Part shown: positions 48,816 through 51,964 of the stretch, in pieces
Layout: every line of letters starts with the position of its first letter
How positions within the stretch are numbered: the stretch's first letter is position 1
From: Basidiobolus meristosporus CBS 931.73
Taxonomy: Eukaryota > Fungi > Basidiobolomycota
Assembly: GCA_002104905.1 (NCBI GenBank)
Contig: MCFE01000622.1
Coordinates: 1 to 51,964, forward strand
DNA: 51,964 nt
Reading direction: 5' to 3'
Notes under the pieces: generated by a model
What the model saw: the letters and a program-made list of their open reading frames with translations, nothing else
What the model was told of the DNA's origin: nothing
Database searches by the model: none
Made by a program: the position numbers and the translations under genes

Positions 48816-50529
48816 TTCTATAGTACTAATCGAGTAAGAAGGTGATGATTCCAATGCTGTTAGCGGAAGCACAAATGCCTGCGTTGCCGTTTTGATGGAA
48901 GCCACATACCTCTCGTGTGTTGAAACTACTGTGGCGCCGGAGTTAAGGCAATTGGAACAAAAAGGTGGAATAACAGATCTTGGGAAAGTAACCTTAGGAG
49001 CAAGCTAAAGTTCAGATTGGAAATTTATAGAAACTGCGAGCAATTGATGCCACAACAGATATGGGGATATTGGATGATGATTTGGAGTAGCGATGTACTT
49101 GGAAGTAATGTTGCATACGAGGTTTAAATTGCCAACATACTAGAAGTTCAATGGCAGGGATGGTGAACCAAAAAAGACCATAATTACCTCACCGAGCCCC
49201 TCATTTTGCTAGCCATTAGTTATTGGATTCACACCTATTAATAGTTATGTCGCATTTTGATCTATGATAATCAAGTACAATTCCTCATGAAACATCATGT
49301 GAAATCGATCTTTGCCGTCATTAGCAACCTATTGGCGTGCTAATACACAGGGTGATCCCCAAACATTAGCTCGAAATCCACTCAATCCCCAACTAAAGCC
49401 AATATCAACATCTTGAAACTTCGATATGCGCTTCGCTGCTTTGGCCACTCCAGTCGGTAAGGAGGTCAGCTTGTAAATATCCTATAATACAAGTTTCTAC
49501 TGCACCCCATCTGATCCATCGGAGAGTCATGGCCACCCATGGATTGGTATGCATATGAAATGGACTGTTACTTGTATCGGCAATTACATTGCGTAGTAGC
49601 GGGCCTTGATAAAAGGTGCTATTGTACAAGAACAAGCGCAACGAGATCCCACGATAATGAAGGGCTGAGAATTCGGCTAGTACAGTGCGGAGAATAACCT
49701 GACACTAGGTTATTATGCTCGTCAGCAAAAATATTCTGTACTGGACTTTGCGTGCACTTGCTATGTGGCGCTATCGATTTAATATATACCAATCGGTTCC
49801 TTGAAATGTGTCGAGATCTGGATGCTTCTGAGGAACAATAGTGATCAGAGCTGTTTGGATATATTGACCATGTATTCCACATTTGCATTTTCTGCACACT
49901 GATTATGGGGCTAAATGGGTTAGACATTGGCATCAGAGATTGAAAGCCTATTTGACTAAATGTATTTTAGGGTGATCAATACTCTGCTCAGTCCTGTAAT
50001 TAAGCGTCAATGTGCTACTAGTTGGTAGATATGATTTGACTGGATGTCCTAAAAAGGTACATAACATTACGGTTTCATATTATATTGAGTGAGCCAGAAA
50101 TCAGTATGAGCCAGCTCACAGAGATGGTACTATATGAAGCACATATTTTTGGGAACAGGGGGCTTGGATAAATACTACGAAGTTGAGATTTGACTCCTGC
50201 TCCAAAACACTAAATTGAAATACTGTACGCACACTCCTGACAACCCAGAATCAAACTGGTATGAAATGGCCTGTGTAAGGTCTAACATGATTGGGTAGAG
50301 TTTGGGGCTTACCACAGTCATTGGAGTTGCCTCAAATATTCAGAGCTTTCATATCAGGTTCTGATTAATACTAGCCCAGGTAGAGTTGTTAAATAATACA
50401 AGCAGTATATTATCAATATCTACACAGTATTGTGATTCAAAAACTTCAACAAATACTCAGAAAAGTGCTGTTAGGAACAACACTACAGGAAAATATATTT
50501 AAGTGCCATATGTTGCAAGAATTTTGTAA

Positions 50530-50730
50530 ATATTGGAAGTGATTAGGAGAACAAGTAAATAATGTGGTTCTCACTTGATTGATCATTGAATGCAAAAGTG
50601 GTGCTTATACTTTGACATGGTCTTGGCAAAATAAACATGCAGGATATACTTAGGAAAGTCTCAAGAGCATGTATGCAATGTTTGGGGCGGTTTGGACAAT
50701 CTTAAGAAATTTCATGTTCTAAGTACCTGC
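50530..50730 (+). repeat. Subtelomeric copy of the 21.7-22.9 kb repeat family
   Basis: ctcacttgattgatcattgaatgcaaaagtgg...ggtcttggcaaaa...tttggggcggtttggacaat...atttcatgttctaagtacctg matches the reverse complement of 21790-21960. Confidence 0.8.
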
Positions 50731-50734
50731 TGTT

Positions 50735-50885
50735 TTGGTTAGGTAAGGGAAGGGAAAGCCACTAAGGAAGGTGAAATCCTTGTTTGAATTCAGATAAGCT
50801 TAATGATAAACAAAGAAGCCAGCTGGGAATTTAAAGCTAACACAGTAAAGACTAAGCTGAATACAAATAATTCTAAGCTGAAGTT
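50735..50885 (-). repeat. Telomere-associated unit 3 (proximal, short, diverged)
   Basis: Minus strand ctggcttctttgttt...gatttcaccttccttagtggctttccctt resembles the 3' ends of units 1 and 2; bounded distally by gttagggg. Confidence 0.6.
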
Positions 50886-50889
50886 AGGG

Positions 50890-51333
50890 GAGGGAAAGTC
50901 ACCAAGGTAGGTGAGGGTTAGGGGGGGAGACAGTCACCAACAGGTGAAATCTTTATTTCAGTTGAATCAAAGAAGCCAGCGCTCCTGTTGTAGCTTTGAT
51001 ACAAGAGTGTGTAGCTGAGGGGAATTTGTAGGTAAGTTAATAAGAAGTGATGATAGTTCTTCAGTGCTCAAGACACTGTTCAGTGGGAAGGGGGGTAGCA
51101 AGAGAGGTAAGAATGACTTGTGATCAACATTAATGAGGGGAATGTGATAAGGATTGATATTCATCATAAAGGGAGTGTGCTGCTGCAGATATTGCTGCCA
51201 AACATCTGTCAAGTACTTCAAGTAGGCCAGCTTGGGTTTTTCTGACTGCAGAATAAATTCAGCAAACTTCTTGACTTCAGGATCTCCAAGTATAGTTCTC
51301 CAGCAGGAGCCAGGTGTAGTGTGGTGTGTTCTC
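50890..51333 (-). mobile_element. Telomere-associated unit 2: 5'-truncated ORF-bearing repeat, possible terminal retroelement 3' end
   Basis: Frame open from 51332 to stop 50967 (121 aa, RTHHTTPGSCWRTILGDPEVKKFAEF...ERWLL*), starting right at a (TTAGGG)3 tract. Near-identical to unit 1. Confidence 0.5.
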
Positions 51334-51351
51334 TTAGGGTTAGGGTTAGGG
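51334..51351 (+). repeat. Interstitial telomeric tract (TTAGGG)3
   Basis: ttagggttagggttaggg lies between units 2 and 1. Confidence 0.9.
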
Positions 51352-51707
51352 GGGAGGGAAAGTCACCAAGGTAGGTGAAATTTAGGGTTAGGGGGAGACA
51401 GTCACCAACAGGTGAAATCTTTATCTCAGTTGAAACAAAGAAGCCAGCGCTACTGTTGTAGCTTTGATACAAGAGTGTGTAGCTGAGGGGAATTTGTAGG
51501 TAAGTTAATAAGAAGTGATGATAGTTCTTCAGTGCTCAAGACACTGTTCAGTGGGATGGGGGGTAGCAAGAGAGGTAAGAATGACTTGTGAACAACATTA
51601 ATGAGGGGAATGTGATAAGGATTGATACTCATCATAAAGGGAGTGTGCTGCTGCAGATATTGCTGCCAAAGGTCTGTCAAGTACTTCAGGTAGGCCAGCT
51701 TGGGTTT
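51352..51707 (-). mobile_element. Telomere-associated unit 1: shorter 5'-truncated copy capped by the telomere
   Basis: About 350 bp, roughly 90-95% identical to unit 2. Frame open 51707-51450 (KPKLAYLKYLTDLWQQ...KLQQ*). Confidence 0.5.
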
Positions 51708-51742
<35 letters not shown>

Positions 51743-51964
51743 GGTTAGGGTTAGGGTTAGGGTTAGGGTTAGGGTTAGGGTTAGGGTTAGGGTTAGGGTT
51801 AGGGTTAGGGTTAGGGTTAGGGTTAGGGTTAGGGTTAGGGTTAGGGTTAGGGTTAGGGTTAGGGTTAGGGTTAGGGTTAGGGTTAGGGTTAGGGTTAGGG
51901 TTAGGGTTAGGGTTAGGGTTAGGGTTAGGGTTAGGGTTAGGGTTAGGGTTAGGGTTAGGGTTAG
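51708..51964 (+). repeat. Telomere (TTAGGG)n, ~43 units
   Basis: G-rich strand runs 5'->3' to the window end, with one TTTAGGG variant at ~51720. Confidence 0.99.

Noticed and set aside
50890-51707. Hammerhead ribozyme in the telomere-associated units
   Set aside because: A CTGAAGA occurs on the minus strand, but no correctly placed GAAA or stems were found by eye.
1-51964. CRISPR arrays, rRNA, tRNA, prokaryotic operons
   Set aside because: No regularly spaced repeat-spacer pattern or RNA-gene signature seen; spliceosomal introns and a telomere show the window is eukaryotic.

Overview
Terminal ~52 kb of a chromosome (right arm, ending in ~257 bp of TTAGGG repeats) from a eukaryote with 50-90 bp GT-AG introns. 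The gene content points to an early-diverging fungus (Basidiobolus-like is my inference only). (1) 0.6-20.5 kb: a tandem array of an unrecognised, intronless ~370-390 aa multi-pass membrane protein family. It has 7 intact copies, 3 full-length or deleted pseudogenes and several fragments, with a shared promoter motif, gene-conversion tracts, and a 2.9-kb two-gene block in reversed orientation flanked by ~350-bp inverted repeats that carry alternative C-terminal tails. (2) 20.6-23.1 kb: an AT-rich gene-free zone with a ~640-bp degenerate palindrome; the same repeat family recurs next to the telomere. (3) 23-49 kb: ordinary fungal genes: S1 serine protease, Cys-rich secreted protein, GPI-anchored protein, Slt2/Mpk1-type MAPK, a beta-lactamase-fold membrane protein lacking all three catalytic motifs, a small 5-exon membrane protein missed by the ORF track, double-hotdog thioesterase, asparagine synthetase, enoyl-CoA isomerase, bZIP factor and G-alpha. 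(4) 50.7-51.7 kb: head-to-tail 5'-truncated units bounded by short TTAGGG tracts, resembling a telomere-associated retroelement chain. No rRNA, tRNA or CRISPR array was recognised. Identities are by-eye estimates, and exon structures are manual predictions.
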